Below are positions 23,562 to 38,200 of a stretch of 64,000 nt of DNA, piece by piece. Location: assembly GCA_976226885.1 (NCBI GenBank), contig OZ320313.1:155806001-155870000 (forward strand), read 5' to 3'. Positions within the stretch are counted from its first letter, which is position 1; each line of letters begins with the position of its first letter. The notes under the pieces are model-generated. The model was not told the DNA's origin. It ran no database searches and was given only the letters and a program-made list of their open reading frames with translations. Origin of the DNA: Iphione sp. A-MEVVRFRX5. Taxonomy: Eukaryota. A program made the position numbers and the translations under genes.

Positions 23562-24044
23562 TTAAACGGAACATTTGAATTCCGAATGGACTTAATTTGT
23601 GAATATGTTATATGTTGTAACCAATCATATTTCATTGTAAGGCTTAATTTCCTGGACCTAAATGTTTCCGCGGGTGTTTCGGCATGTTTCAGGCCATGAT
23701 CTTTTTTAATCTTATGGTTATCTATTGGATTGCCTCCGTTCATGCATGTTATCGTGTACCGCTAGTTTCCAAGCGACATATCACAGTCTTGTTATAAGAT
23801 ACAGTAGCAACTCCTAAAAAACATATGCAATGGGATCAGCCAATGCAAATTGTCATGCTATCGTAGTTTGTGTTATTAAAGAACAAAAACCATTTGGACC
23901 AACATGCCCTCAATACCAAGTTGCTCTTGTAGCAGAGACCTGCCTGCCATCCACTGGTTCCCTATCATGTGATCAGAGTGTAAACTAAGAATAGACATCA
24001 GAGTTGATTGTTATTATGTAGTCTGGAGTCCAGACATTGCACAA

Positions 24045-24579
24045 GGCCTGGTTTCCTTACATGCGGCAATGTCCAGGAGAGTATGTGAGCTATCTTTCTG
24101 TGTCACCATGCATTGTTTAATTTCTCACAGACTAGTGTGTTATATGATTGGAAAATATGAAAAACGGTCAAAAAATGCTGAAAAATGGCAAATTACATGG
24201 AAACTGGACTGAAAAACAGCTTATTTCATGGAATACAGCCGAAAAACAGCTTATTTCATGAAAATTCAGGCGAAAACCAGCAAAAACGGGAAGAACAATT
24301 CCAGAAAAAGACTGCATTGTGTGGAAATGTGCGGATATGTGTGGCAATCACATCCAAAAGTGAAGAAATGGGAAGAAATACAGTGCATTGACATGCATTG
24401 CCACACGTTTGCAGCAAATTTATGGTCCCGGCCCATTAACGGGCAACACATGGCAATGCATGGCAATGCACACGGACATTGCCATAAGTATGGAACACCC
24501 TTCACTCCTTGTCTATATAACAATAATGATGCACAGAAATACACAGAATTGCACACTCCACAAGTATGGAAACCGGGGC
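24045..24579. mobile_element. Degenerate Harbinger-like MITE
   Basis: Ends GGCCTGGTTTCCTTAC and (rc) GCCCCGGTTTCCATAC; TAA on the right flank. Confidence 0.45.
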
Positions 24580-27500
24580 TAAGAGTGTACCTGCAGTTGT
24601 CACTTTGTTACTCTGGTAACCACTCCGGTAATCTTAATGGAACAAAGTCTAATCAAGGGGGTTGAAAAAGTTATTTTTAGCAGGAAGTCCAGACAGCTGT
24701 CTAGACAGTTGCTATCTTTAGATGCTCTTATGTAATTGCAGTGTCATATGACTTGTCTTAAAAGTATATAAAGTAGTTTTTCTATTAAATAAACATATAT
24801 TCTCTCTGTTGCTCTCTGATAGAGTTCCACTTCAGCAGACCATTTTTTCTGCATTTGGAGTGAATCATATTTTATGATTATCATTAATATTTCTAGTTGC
24901 CTTCCTTATCGGAGACCAAGCTCACATTGCACTCTCCTAGAATCTTTTCCACAGGGTGAATTGCTACTCTATAGCATTAATGATCTATTTTAGAATTCTC
25001 AAACCACCATCAATCAAATACACGTATGCACTTACCGACCTATTGCAACCTTATGTGTCCATTGAAATATGGTATTTATGGAAAGAATCTAATACAATTG
25101 ATTTTTGCACTTAACGTTCTTGCATTGATTCGAGAACGTCAACGTGAGTGACAAATTCGTCATTTGTTCGTTCGACTCAATATCCCACAGGGATGCATCG
25201 ATTAATTAGAGACCACAGCGCATATTGTTAGTATTCATAGCCCTAGGCATCGCACCAAGTGTTCAACTACTAAAAAATGTGGGAGCAAAAAAATAAAACG
25301 CATTACAAACAGCACGACATGGCGTGGCCATCGACGCCCAAAGATTTATGCAAACCACGTGATCCGATATCGATCGTATTGATCTGTCTTCGACGCAATA
25401 ACAACGAGCATAACCCCGGCATCTGAAAAAAGAAATCAGTCAGGTTTCTCTAAGAAAACGTGACAGTGTTTTCAAGGGATCCACACGATTTCCCCGTTAT
25501 CCTGTACGTGTTGTTTGGCAAAGACTAAGACCTTTCCCTTTTTTATTCAGTAGATTTTTTTAGTGACAATAACGTAACAATGACAACGATCTTCAAGCAT
25601 AAATGCAGGTCGATAGGGGTGAGTGTTAAGACCAACAAAGCGTGGCCATCTCCATAGTAACATACACCGACAATAGGCTTTTCATGTCGGCCATAGCCGT
25701 CAATGATTCAAATGGTTCACATTTATCATTCGCAGACTTTACAGACGGACATTTTGGAGCCAATTTCGCAGTTTTTTTACCTGCACAAATGTTAACTTGA
25801 CCAATGACGTAAGACCATCAATTGTAAAATGTCTTTTTGTTTTTATCCATCTTCTACATTTCAAGTGGCCAAGCATTTAAATTCGATCATTTCATCTTTG
25901 AATACAGTACAAAGCGCCTTTCAGACATTAGACGCTCTTGAATATAATACTGATCTTCCTTGTGACAAGGAGAATCTCTCAAATATTTATGTGTATTAAG
26001 TTTTTCTACATGTATTCATAATGTGTAGTAGAAAACCTCCGGTGTACACCCCAAAACGGTCAATCCATACTGTGGACAGAAACCAAAACACAGTCTAACA
26101 TATCCATGCCAATTAACTTCCGCTACTTCTCACAGTCATCACTGTTTTTTGCCAGGCCCTTTGCTCTCCACTATAAAAGCATTCTGACGAATGTTCATTA
26201 AGAATCCCATTATTACCATTCCTTCTTAAATTGTGGACAAAACTGTACTTTGAAAAAAGAACCTGTATGCAAATTTACCACTATTGCGTAGGTCTTTGCT
26301 TAAAATGGATCAGAAATACAATACATTACAAAAAGATTTCACAAAGAGCTTTTTTGATCTGCAGAGCCATAACTGATACAAACCACTGGGCCATATTCGT
26401 AGAGGAAACAGAGTTATGATCTTATATAATAACATATTGGGTCCAGGAAGAGATTCGGTTCCGGTCTAGGAACGGCCTATTTGCCTCGGTGAGAACGAGA
26501 GCTCCACTCTCTTCGTGCCAGGTTGTATCAGTCTTCTTACCGTACACTCTCGCTTATCACGAGACTCCACGGCACACCTTAACAGGCTTCAAATGGACGT
26601 TTTATGTGCCCCTTTGAGATTTCCCGAACATAACTGCCCATAAACAGTAGGTGCACTGACAATGCTAGCACCCTGTAGAAGCCTGTAGATTTTACGAGGG
26701 ATGCTTTTAAATATCCCGTGGCAGCAACAATAAATAATGCTTCAGCAACCATACCACAAGCATAAACATTTTTTTCCGCAAAGGATAGAGCTTTGAGATG
26801 ATAGATAATTGGACAGGAATGTGAGGTGCTATCGATAAGACGATAACGTGTTATATAGCAAAACCCTTGGGAACAAAGGTGTTCTACGCAACGTTGTGCA
26901 AAAGGTCAAGAAAACGATAAAAGTTCAGATAGTGACACAGCACAGACTGAGTTGAGTGTATTTTACCTCTGGGCTAGTTTCCAATTGGGATAAACACAAA
27001 GTAGTGGGATTACTGACCACTTACCTGAAAGCGGATATGCTTGTTTACATGACTGGGGTGGTCGTGATCCCTGACAGGTGAAAATAGGGAATCTTCAGGT
27101 GAGTCACTTCACAAACCTTTGCTCGGCGCGACCCTGATAATGGGGCACAGGAAACAGTTCCCAGACGCGGAAATAATACACAGATATTGCAGGAAAGAAT
27201 ATCTTAGTAATAGTTCAAGTGTCCTCAGTGTGGTAGCCACGTCATAACTGCATACTTCTCCTTTATATCCTTTATATCTAGGTATTTTTATGTTACTCCT
27301 AAAACTGTGTTTATTTACATCTGAGCAATTATAGCTTCATAATAAGAACCTGAGCAATCTAGTTTTGAACAGTTTCCTCCAAACGTTACTCATTAAAGAG
27401 ATGGATATCCAAAAATGATTATGTAATACATCTTGATCAGAACGTACGCTCAACAGCTGGCTCAAATTGCCTGGTTTTATCAGGAGAAGGTATATTCTCT

Positions 27501-28728
27501 CAATAAAAACCAAGGTCTGGGAAGTTCCTTCTATATTGAAGGACAGGTACAATAATAGCAAGAAAGAGAAAAATCAACAGTGCAATGGCTTGGGGCAAAA
27601 ATCTGTGTTGATCCTCTTATAGAAAGTTCAACGATTAGAAATTTGATTGAGCCAGTTTTGGAGGCAGCATCTATTAGTAATAGGTCTACTCTTCAATGTT
27701 ACATCATACGCCAAAGATGTTAGGCACAAACTAGAGTTCATCAGTTGGACCTCAGAGTCCTGAAGACCTGAAGAGTTACCCTATGAAGCTACAGCAAGTC
27801 TTCGATTCAGATAACTGGGCTTGAAATGAAACAGTTCAACTGATAAATGTCTTTCTCTCTTTGTACATGACTGACTATATTTGCAGTAATGAATGCTTGC
27901 ACATGCCTCAAAGCTCTACTGATGTGGAATCCTTTCTCAATGATTAAATAGAACCAGGGGTCTCCTGGCTTCCTGAAAGACTTATACCAGTGCCATTTTC
28001 TACCATTGCCGACTCGTACCATTGCAAAGCGTAAAGCATCCCATCACTGGTTATCCTTTATGAAAGTGCTTTACACTACCTGTTAAAAAACTTTGCCTGG
28101 AATAATGCTGGCTCCTGGTGATGGTCGAAATTTTGTGGGAGTTCCATTCAACTTAGATTCAGTTTCTGTAAAACAGGCTTTAAAGAGTGTAGATATTAAG
28201 GTTACTGACAGACAATTTTGAAAAGTACAATAAAAAGAGGGATTCTGGTGTACGAATACAACAGAAAGGTAAAGGGTGGAATCTGAAGGTTAAGGTCGCT
28301 GTGGCTACATTCTGTAGTAGACAAGGTACAAGTACGAGCCGTTACTGCCCATAATGACCAGACTAAAACTGTCCAGGCCATAGCCTGATTGTCTCCAGTA
28401 GTACATTTCTCTCTCCCACTATTGGTGTATTTGATTCTCTATGATTCTGTTGGTCTGTCCGTCTATCTCCCTTCAGTAAACTTGCCACCATTTAAACCTA
28501 TTCAATCCAAGCACTTAAGATGCTTGTTTTCATCTCAGACAATATTGACCAATTTGTCCATTGTTTGCATGTCTAGGGCATGTATATTATACTCTATGTA
28601 CTGGTTTCGTCATTTCAACATCATTCTGTCACAGAAGGCTTGAAAATATGAGTCAAAGCACACACTGTGAAATGTATGTGTCCAACCAATTGTCCCTTAC
28701 ATTATGAGTACTTCTAACTGCAGCATAA

Positions 28729-29310
28729 GGCCAGCTTTCCATGCATACATGTTTTTTTCCATATTGCATACCAGTGTGGAAAATGAACCAATTTTCCGGA
28801 TGAGCACAGATGCCTTCTTTCCATGTGTACAGGTGAGAGAAAGCACAGATAAGTAGGATAGAGAAAATGAGAGTTTAGAGAGAGACAAAGACAGAGGGTG
28901 GGACATACATAGAGAGAAAGAGAGAGACAGAGAGAGATTCCAACCAAATCTGTGTAACTGATGAGTTTTTTTGCTCATCTGTAGGAATTCTGACCAAATC
29001 TGTGTAAATGACAAGTTTTTTTATACTGATGATATACAAATTATTAAATATTTCATATCATCTAAGATATGTTAGACAGTTTTTTATTGTTTGCCTGAGT
29101 ACAACCACTTGGTGTATACTTCTAGCCTGTCCATGGTCCAGAAAACATCTAAATTTATGGCCCGGGTTTGTTGTTGGCCTCCAGACATGGAGCATGGGGC
29201 ATGGAGCATGCACGCTTGGATACAATCATGTTGAAACTCATAGAATCGTTGTTTCTGGAGCATGGGCTTTGTACTTCGGAGGTAATTTCCATATGCATGG
29301 AAAGGCAGCC
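28729..29310. mobile_element. PIF/Harbinger-like MITE, same family as 22920-23561
   Basis: TIRs GGCCAGCTTTCCATGCATAC and (rc) GGCTGCCTTTCCATGCATAT; TAA on both sides; shares the subterminal GGAGCA(C/T)GG repeats. Confidence 0.7.
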
Positions 29311-32300
29311 TAAGGCTTATGGCTACTGCACCGTGATGCCCAGTCAGGTTTTCATCAATGAAACCTCCTTGGATTCAGTCGTGATAAGATTATGAGGAAA
29401 GGAAGCCAGTCAGCATTTAAGGACCTTCCAGCATTGAATCATGCCAAAGTAAACCTTTCGCACACAATTCTAGCTCTTCTACTTTGACCTTTTTTATATT
29501 TTGAGATAGTAATGGCCAGGGCGGTTTAAAAGGTCTTAATAGAGTTGAATGTTTGAGCTAGTGATGGTTAGACTTTGGATGGCACAATCGGCGAGAGGTG
29601 AAGTAATCTTTGGCCCCCCTCAGTAGAGTATACAATTATGCATAAAGAAATTGTTGCTGTATGATATACATCTTCAGAATTCTTTACACATCTCATGTTT
29701 GACTGATGTTAACTAGAGAGTTGTTATATGCTCGGAGAACTGTACGTTGAGTTAATCTTGGCATGCCCTCTACCGGAACGATAGAAACTGGCTCGCTGGA
29801 AATGTTAAAGATCCGTTTTCATTATATTGCGGTGACAACAGTCTCGATTTTTTAACTGTGCAGAATACAAGTCTTCGGGCTCTGGTCTGATTCACTTTAC
29901 ATTCTACTTCCTACTCGGCATCCAAGTGAAGTCAGAAAGTCACCTGCTTTCATTATCTGAGATCATAGTCGCCAGAACTATCTTTGAAATGCCATTTTAC
30001 CTTCAAGATGTACAGCTAGCCATGATGATCACCGACAGCGTTGTTATCACTCTTGGAGGCTATCCAAATTTTCTCCGAGCAGATGCATTTCTGTCGTTTT
30101 TAGTCAGTGCACCTAATCTATTACTATGCAGAGAGGCTCATATGAAATTCTAGACGGCTTGGTTTTCCTGTGTGCCAAATACACCTTGAAGTGTTACCCA
30201 GAGTAAAATGATCTAAGCGCGTAACGTTTCCGGGTGATAAAAAAATACAAAAGAGCCACGAAAACAAAAACGTGACTTGGTTGAACTAAATGATCCCTAG
30301 TTAACGTATTTCATGAGTCATGTGTTTCTGTACCTGTTTTACCTATTTCTTTGGTGTGGGAGACCAAATATTTTACTGCTGTCTTAATTATATTGCCTTA
30401 ATGCTTTTGTTCTACTGTCTCTGATAGAATCTGAACGCCAACCGTTCAGTAATAGTATCTCTTCTGGTACATTACGGAAACGCACCACAGTAAGTGGACA
30501 ATGACGAATACAAAGAACTATATGGAGTGCAGACCAACAAGTTCTCAGAAGGTAAAGAACATATATTTGAGAACCGAGCGGCCAAACTGAATTATATGCC
30601 TCAGACCGGAAATATCGGTGCGCCCCGTTGGGTTTGTATAGTGGGATGAGAACAATCGGAGCATGGCCGGCTCCTCTATCACCTGGCCACTCTTCCTACC
30701 TAGATTCTGCACCAAGCATTGTCTACAGCATTTGGGAATGCGTGTATAATGTGCTCTTCAATACGCATATGCACCTTTATTACCACGAGAATCACTTTAT
30801 GTATCTACATAATCTGCCGGAGGCGTCAATTATATGCAGATTGCAGGTTGTGTGTGTATGTGATCTGGTGGGGTTGGATCTTGAGGATTGGGAGAGAACA
30901 GGTTTAGGTGGGTTGTTCGGGTCGGGGTCGGGGAGAGATAATTACTAGTGTGACCCCCGTGGGAAGTAGGTCTTTGGCAATGGACTTGGTCACCCAACCC
31001 TCGCCCTGAACAGCTGGCTTTTGTAACGCCACTTTGGCAATGATTTGGGTGTCTGCTGAGACAGTCGAGTCATTCTTTTCAGAAATATTATCAAAAAAGG
31101 TATGGTTGCCGCCATATTGCCCACATTTACAGTCGAAGAGACACGTCTCAATTAAGGACAGTTTGAGACAGAACAAACGATGTCCTGATTAGTGGCCTTC
31201 CACCGTTTGGTAAGCTACCCATAATTATGGTTCGGGACACCAAATGTTCTAGCGTACTATGTATGATTAAATAATATATCAAACGAGAGAACCAAGAGTC
31301 TAATCCGCTGAACCCTTGCGCACAATGTATAGTTGGAATGTGAATGATAATTTATCCAAAGGTTCGATGTCATATGAAGTCAAATGACTTTTAGTAACTA
31401 AATGCTCAATACATGAGACACATGTACATGCAAATGTAAATATAACTAGATATAGTAACATGTATGAACGCAGTATGTATACATAGGCACAACCGAGTAC
31501 TATTTCTGGTCATCGTTTGTATGACTCACTCCGTATAGTTAGAAACTTGCCATTAGGCTAATCGCTAAGCAGCAATAACACTCAGAGAACATTTAATCGA
31601 CAAGATATCTAACCTTAGTCAATAGGCGCATATTGAGTTGAAAAGGTTTGGAGTCTCACGTCTTTCCTTCGAGAAGCCCTCATTATGTATTGAGGAATTG
31701 CAAGGAGTCATCTTTAACCGTCCAAAATGGCCGATCCTTATCGTTTTAACGATCTTTTCGCAAGGTTGATCTGGACACCATCGGGACAAGTCTATATACA
31801 TGCACATGGCGATTAACACTTAACAGACACCAAACCGGGGAAAAGTCCGAACACACAGCCTCGCCTCTAATGATAAAAAAAAAACCAGATCCACCGCGAG
31901 CGACGGCTTTTCACACGAGACTATAATTGTAGTTCTACGTAGGAGTTTCCTCTAGTTTTCGTGATCTCGCCAAGATTGCCAACGATTACGGCGAAGATCC
32001 CCCGTAGCTTTAGCTTCGCCGCTCGTGCCTTATGGACATGGCATGGACATAAATGTTATTTGTCTGACACATCAAATGTTATTGCCCTTCGATAAGGACT
32101 AACCATTTAGGCTTATTTCTCAGTCACATGTCATTCAAGACCGTTGTGAGACGACAAATATCGGGTTCGTGTATGAAGAAGAGACGGTACAATTCGAGTA
32201 ATAAAACATGTCTTATAACCAATGGGGTTCGTGATATAATGATTCAGCCCTCATCAACGAAAGGTATCCTCTGTCTGATGGGCATGGTGCTTCGTTTCAT

Positions 32301-32379
32301 ATTAAATTTTCTTTAATCAAGAAACCCCTCCCAATACATTATATCTTGTAGTTCTCCCGGCAAACCGCTTGAACCCGAA

Positions 32380-32467
32380 GGAGGACTCGAACCGTGGAAA
32401 AAGATCTCCGGTCCACAAATCAAAGCTTATGCCTTGAACCGCTACCCCCAGGCTGAGCCACTGTGAC
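32380..32467 (-). mobile_element. Degenerate tRNA-like or SINE head
   Basis: B-box GGTTCGAGTCC at 32383-32393 and an A-box-like GTGGCTCAGCCTGG upstream; it does not fold into a clean tRNA. Confidence 0.35.
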
Positions 32468-33866
32468 CTGCTGTGTTCGTGCGTGCTTATGCATTCTTGT
32501 CTGTTGGTGAATAGTTGTATTATATCTGCTAGCATGCTTTAATCAAATAGTATCTTTAGTATGGTTTTCAATAGGATTCTTTGCGGTCTTTCGATTCTAA
32601 ATTTAACTAATTTTGTCTGTTTTGTCAATGGTAGATTTGATTACTAGTGGTGATTTGCTTGGTAGTTGGTGTCAGCATTTCAGGCCTTCCCCTGTATTAT
32701 CATAGGTTGAGGAGTTACCAGTGCAGTCAGGGTCTCTTCATCGGAAGTCTTGGTTAACAGCTTTGATCTTTGCCTCCATTACCGTCTCAGCCAGGATATT
32801 GCGTTAATTTCCACAAATGACTGTCAAATAATTTCAGAGCCATGAAAGAATCGTCATGTAAAAAGAAAACACATTAGCCTCCTTTTTGAAATTAGAAAAA
32901 AACTCTCATCGGGGTTTAAAAACACAAGATTACATTGGCAGATGTTATCTTAAATATTTATGCGTGCTCATAAAAGAAACTTAGCCTAGGGATTTAAAAT
33001 TAGTCTAAACATTCGTCAGTCATGCGTTATACCACGACCAGTAGTTGGTATTAGCTGTGTTCAGTTACGCACGCAGATATCAATACTTTATTTGATATGA
33101 TAACATTTCGTATTGATAAAGGCCAGAGCATTGGCTGTTAAAAGAATTTCCTCTATTGCAATGTCTCTAAAAAGGGATAATAACTTGGGAATGCACCGAA
33201 TTCCAAATGTTCAAGTCGCTTTAGATGCGGCCATTGCCTTTGAAGACCAAAATGACATACGACAGACATACGTGTGATCGCATGTGTAACAGGTTTAGCC
33301 AAGTGCTTTTCTAGGTGTGGCTTTTCCCAGGTACCATTGTACGGAATTATTGTCAATTAACAAGGCCTGGGGAAAAAAACCAACATGCCTGTGATTTAGG
33401 GTCATGCAGACAAGTTTCATCAGGTAAAAGGACACCCCATGTGCCAGGAGGGAATGTACCAAGCAATGACTCTGGTGTCATCAGCCCGCGTCAAAACTTA
33501 GCACATTCAACTCCCCGTACTCTGTACCCTGAACCCTTACATTTGCCTTCTTTGCATAAAGAATTGGGTACGTTAGGCATTTCAGAGCATGAACACAGTT
33601 CTGTGTGTGAACAGAAGTTAAGAATTTAATTTCTTTTTAAGACCAAGTTTGGAACCTGACTGGCTTCGCCATTTGTACCTTCCATTGTATTTTGGGTGCC
33701 CAACTAGACCACCAATCTTTCTTCAAGTGTACAATATGTGTATTATGATTTATTTAGTTCGCCACCACATAATTTGAAACGATTGTTTGTTGTAAGCATT
33801 TCTTGAGTTTAAATAAGCATGACAAAATTTAAAAATGTCAAACTTCGACATACATAAACTGCATTA

Positions 33867-34408
33867 GGGCTGGTTTCTTTACCCGTGTTGCTGCCTATGT
33901 GCATTCCTGTCCATTTCACATCCATTCCCGTCCATGTTTTACTGTCAGGTTCATTTCAATGTGAGGTGTTCCTTACCTGCATGTACATGAGGCTGTGTTT
34001 CATTATTGGACAATACTCATTAATTTCATGCACACACACCCCAGCATGCCATAGTAGAAAGGATATATCCTTTGTAGCAGGCACATCTCATATTTCTGCA
34101 TATTTCCTCACTTTTCCCCATCAGTTACACAGTTACACACATTTATGCACAAATTTGTCCTTTTTTATACTTTTCCAGTGAAATTTGTACTTTATCTTTG
34201 CCTTGTGAAATTCTCCAATTTTCATATTTTTTACCATGAAATTCACCTGTTTTTATACTTTTTAGAATCCAATTCACCATTTTTCATGCAGCCTCACACA
34301 GTCTCAACACAGCTTCAAGTGACACTCCTCACTGTGAAGCTCTGTGAGGCGGCATGAAAAAGCAAAATGCCTATTGCACCTCAACACAGTACCTAAGGAA
34401 ACTGGGCC
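33867..34408. mobile_element. PIF/Harbinger-like MITE
   Basis: TIRs GGGCTGGTTTCTTTA and (rc) GGCCCAGTTTCCTTA; TTA on both sides. Confidence 0.6.
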
Positions 34409-34744
34409 TTACTGTAGACCTGATGAGAGAGAATGCTATGTAATTTAGGTGTTTTGGTTTATTTCACCATGGAATCAAAAGACATTGTTTATCTTTATAA
34501 TCATGCACAAGATGGAGTACTGAATAATTTTAAAATGAGCCTAACTGCTCATATTTCAGGGATATGCTTATGATTTATACAGGGGGTAGTCTGTCGAGAA
34601 ATGCTCTTCAAAATGGCAGAATGAGTGCTGTCAGAAAGGCAGTGGTGGACCGGTGTACCTGTAGGGAAAATACATTTATGGACAGTTAAGCTTAGAATGT
34701 CACCCATGGCATTTATCCAAGAGGATCATCTACCACCAACAAAA

Positions 34745-35252
34745 TCATATTCCCAGTTTAGGATTTATTCTCAGTGTCAAAAATAATCACCTTAATACCG
34801 TAGCTCAACATATGATGTTTATTTTATGTGATATTCCAAGTCTTATACACTATAACGCAAACACACCATGACACAAGGGCTTACCTTGCACCCTCATAAC
34901 AGTGAAGAACAGCTAGATTGAAATTATTTAAATCATTCAATAGAAATCTCCAGCTAATTCTCCAATGAACTGTAAGGCTTATAAGCTTGTATAAGCCTTA
35001 GCACATTCATATTCCCAGTTTAGGATTTATTCTCAGTGTCAAAAATAATCACCTTAATACCGTAGCTCAACATATGATGTTTATTTTATGTGATATTCCA
35101 AGTCTTATACACTATAACGCAAACACACCATGACACAAGGGCTTACCTTGCACCCTCATAACAGTGAAGAACAGCTAGATTGAAATTATTTAAATCATTC
35201 AATAGAAATCTCCAGCTAATTCTCCAATGAACTGTAAGGCTTATAAGCTTGT
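34745..35252. repeat. Perfect 246-bp direct duplication (34745-34990 and 35007-35252) with a 16-bp spacer
   Basis: The two copies read identically from TCATATTCCCAG to ATAAGCTTGT; period 262. Confidence 0.95.
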
Positions 35253-38200
35253 GCTACATGCAAATACATTCTAATTGAATGGTAATATATATCATTTTCT
35301 TATTACTACATGCCTGTAATGATTGAAAAGGTAATACTTGCAAAACCTCTCAATCTGTCAAACTGTAAAGCTAGTCGGTAGTGCGTGTCAGCAAAAATAG
35401 GGGTAACTGTTGGTTCTTCGCATTCTTAGTGATAAAACTAAGGCCCTTAGCTGACATAGCTTTACGGCGAAGCAAAACCGTAGAAATGTAACTAAAAGCA
35501 TTTATCGTAAAGCATTTATTTAGAATAAGCTTAAACGTTCAGAAACATATTACCAGCCCCCCTCCTCCCACCAAGACACACACACACATACCACACACCC
35601 GTCCCATAAATCTACATGGACGAAGCAACTGTGCCAACATTTATGTCCGGGCAATCATTATAGACCTTTGCATGTAGTACACAGTTAGGCAGATCAGTCA
35701 ACGTGGTCAATGCCCGCACAGGCGGAGTACAGATTACCCAGGTAAATTGCTTGCTATAAATCGCGATAAGTAGCCGACTGCATGGGTAATCTTCGCTATT
35801 CCAGACTTGTGTACCATACCATATATTCTGTGCATTCTTGTCACCCCTTCCTTCTTCAATAACCACTCAAGAGCGCTAGAAAGATCTCTTTCAAGAATAT
35901 TAACTGTCCAAATACCTGGGGCATAGCACGCAACCATTTCTAAGTAAAGGCTGCCGAAATTCAGTTAGCTCTGTTGATTTGGAGTTTTGTAAAACGCACT
36001 GCCTTAACACACACTTGCCTCACAATGATGGAGGTCAAAGTTCCTGACGTGTGACCGGGTTCAGTCTGTGCCTCCAGCCCTTGTCTCAAGAGGGCCCGAA
36101 TCATGCAGATGTACGCACGTGTCCTCAGGCTGCTGTGGTAGGGTCCAATAAGGCCCAACATAGTCCAGCATTTCATGGTTTTACAACCGAGCATTGTTTC
36201 CATGGTTGAGCAGTTTCACAGGCGACCTTTCAGCATAAGGACACGCATTTCTCTTACACGACACTCATTTCCTGTTGCACTTCCTCTTGCTAATGCACGT
36301 CTACATCTGTGTATTATAGGTGTTGCACAGATTGAAGCTTTCAGGATATACTTCCTTAATTGATACAGTGCGCACCGACTGACTATGAATAGCCGAAAGT
36401 TGGAGAAATTATACGCTTTTTATATTGTGTACTGGAATAGGTTCTAGTACACATAGAGCGCTAAAATATCAAGTCAAATACATGTATCATTTTCGGGCTA
36501 TAGGCCAGAATGCGGACAAGACAAGAAATCAGGACGGCGTAGGGAAAACATGACGTATAAAATAGTTTACCCAAATATCATAATATGGACGTTACCAGAA
36601 ATCCTTATACTTTGATGAAGTAGCAAAGTCGGTCTGCAGTGTGACCTTTGACTGTAATGTGGTCCCAAGAGATACTCCGGCTGTACTACCTTCTGTTCTT
36701 TTAGATCACAGCAAATTTCGTCGATGAAAGCCTCGAGTTGTAATACTCTGCCCCTTGATATCACCAGAAGACCGAAAAAAAATGATTTTCTACTTATAAC
36801 TACGTTTTTCTTTCGTTAATGGCATCGTGTAATGGTGTCTTTCTGGTAAAGCGATAGTGTCGCAATTACTGGTCCCCTTGAAAAGACTTATTTAATTAAA
36901 GTCACGATAAATGGTGTTCTTAGCACCATTTAACTTGGTAATGTTGTCTTAATAACACCGGCTTTCCTCCACTATGAGGCAAATGTTTTTGCTTACGGCC
37001 AGGTATTGGGACGAGGAAATTGTTTAAACTTACCAGCAGAATTTCTTCCCTAATACGTTCTGAAGATCTAAAAGAACAAGGTTCCTTTCAATTTTAGTAA
37101 TTACATGACTTCACGTAGTAACATAAATTACACAAAATGGGTCAATCAGTGTAGAACTGCTGGCGGTGGTGGAGTAACCCTATCATTCACATAATGTTAG
37201 GACGTTGACAGATGGTTTGGTTATTAGGTAACCAGTAAAGGTTTATTTGATGTGTACAGCCCTGGAGAGAAAGGTGGCTGAATATATTTGACCAAACATT
37301 AGTATCATGACAACAAAAACGCAGAGGTATGGTCTTATATTTCACTTGTTGTGGCTCATGCCTTTCAAAGCAAAAATGATCAAGTATCCCTTGGAGGACT
37401 TACATCAAGAAATACAGCGTCACCTTTAAGCATTTACTTGGAAAAAGGTTTGCCTTCCCACTCTTGGAATTGAACCCACCTTTTTCAAGTCCAGTACCTA
37501 ATGCCCTGTGCTTTCTTGACCTTTTACTAAATCACCCTAAACATTAGTTATTGCCCAAAACCACATGTTCTAGAAACATTTCATCCTAGCATTACCGGAA
37601 GGAAACAATACGATTAGAACTGCGCACGTTTTCTTATGGCCATGTTTGATTTAATGCATGTGACAGATAGATAAAGTGTATGATTCTTCACGGAAAATCA
37701 CTCTCATAGTCTATAGTATTTCACCGAGCACCGGGCACACCAACAGACCTTTCCTTTGCAGTGGCCGATGTACTCATAGCTAAGGAATGTGACTAGCTAG
37801 CATATAACAATCAAATTAGGGAATAATTCTAGCCGAACACACCCAATATTTATTTAAGAAGGCTTCCATTCTCTCTAGATTTGCTGGTGGTGTCCTGAAC
37901 TTTCAAATAACTAACATCCTTGATCCTCTAGTGGACTGGAGGGAACCAATGCCTTCAGACCACGCAGTGACACTCTAGTCTAGCTTCCTGATTTCCGTGA
38001 TGAAATGGATGTCCATCTTATTAACATCTACTGTGCGGTGTAGTCATCCTTCAAACACCTCCATGAATCATCAGCGATTCGTGATGCTTTTTCTGGGTTC
38101 GAGACATTGCACTTCCTGAGTAATAGCGAACTTCATTACGCTGAGTGTTTGTTTGCGTTCATGTGTTATGTAAAGCATCTGCTCTATAGATGCTGTAGTT

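Noticed and set aside
26690-26715. TACGAGGG... resembling a mariner TIR start
   Set aside because: I found no matching inverted end and no transposase remnant.
35612-36260. Minus-strand frame with sparse stops (..YVGPYWTLPQQPEDTCVHLHDSGP..)
   Set aside because: No recognisable motif, and stop density is not clearly below chance.
37455-37540. tRNA-like B-box (GGTTCAATTCC, minus strand)
   Set aside because: Too degenerate to call a tRNA or a SINE.
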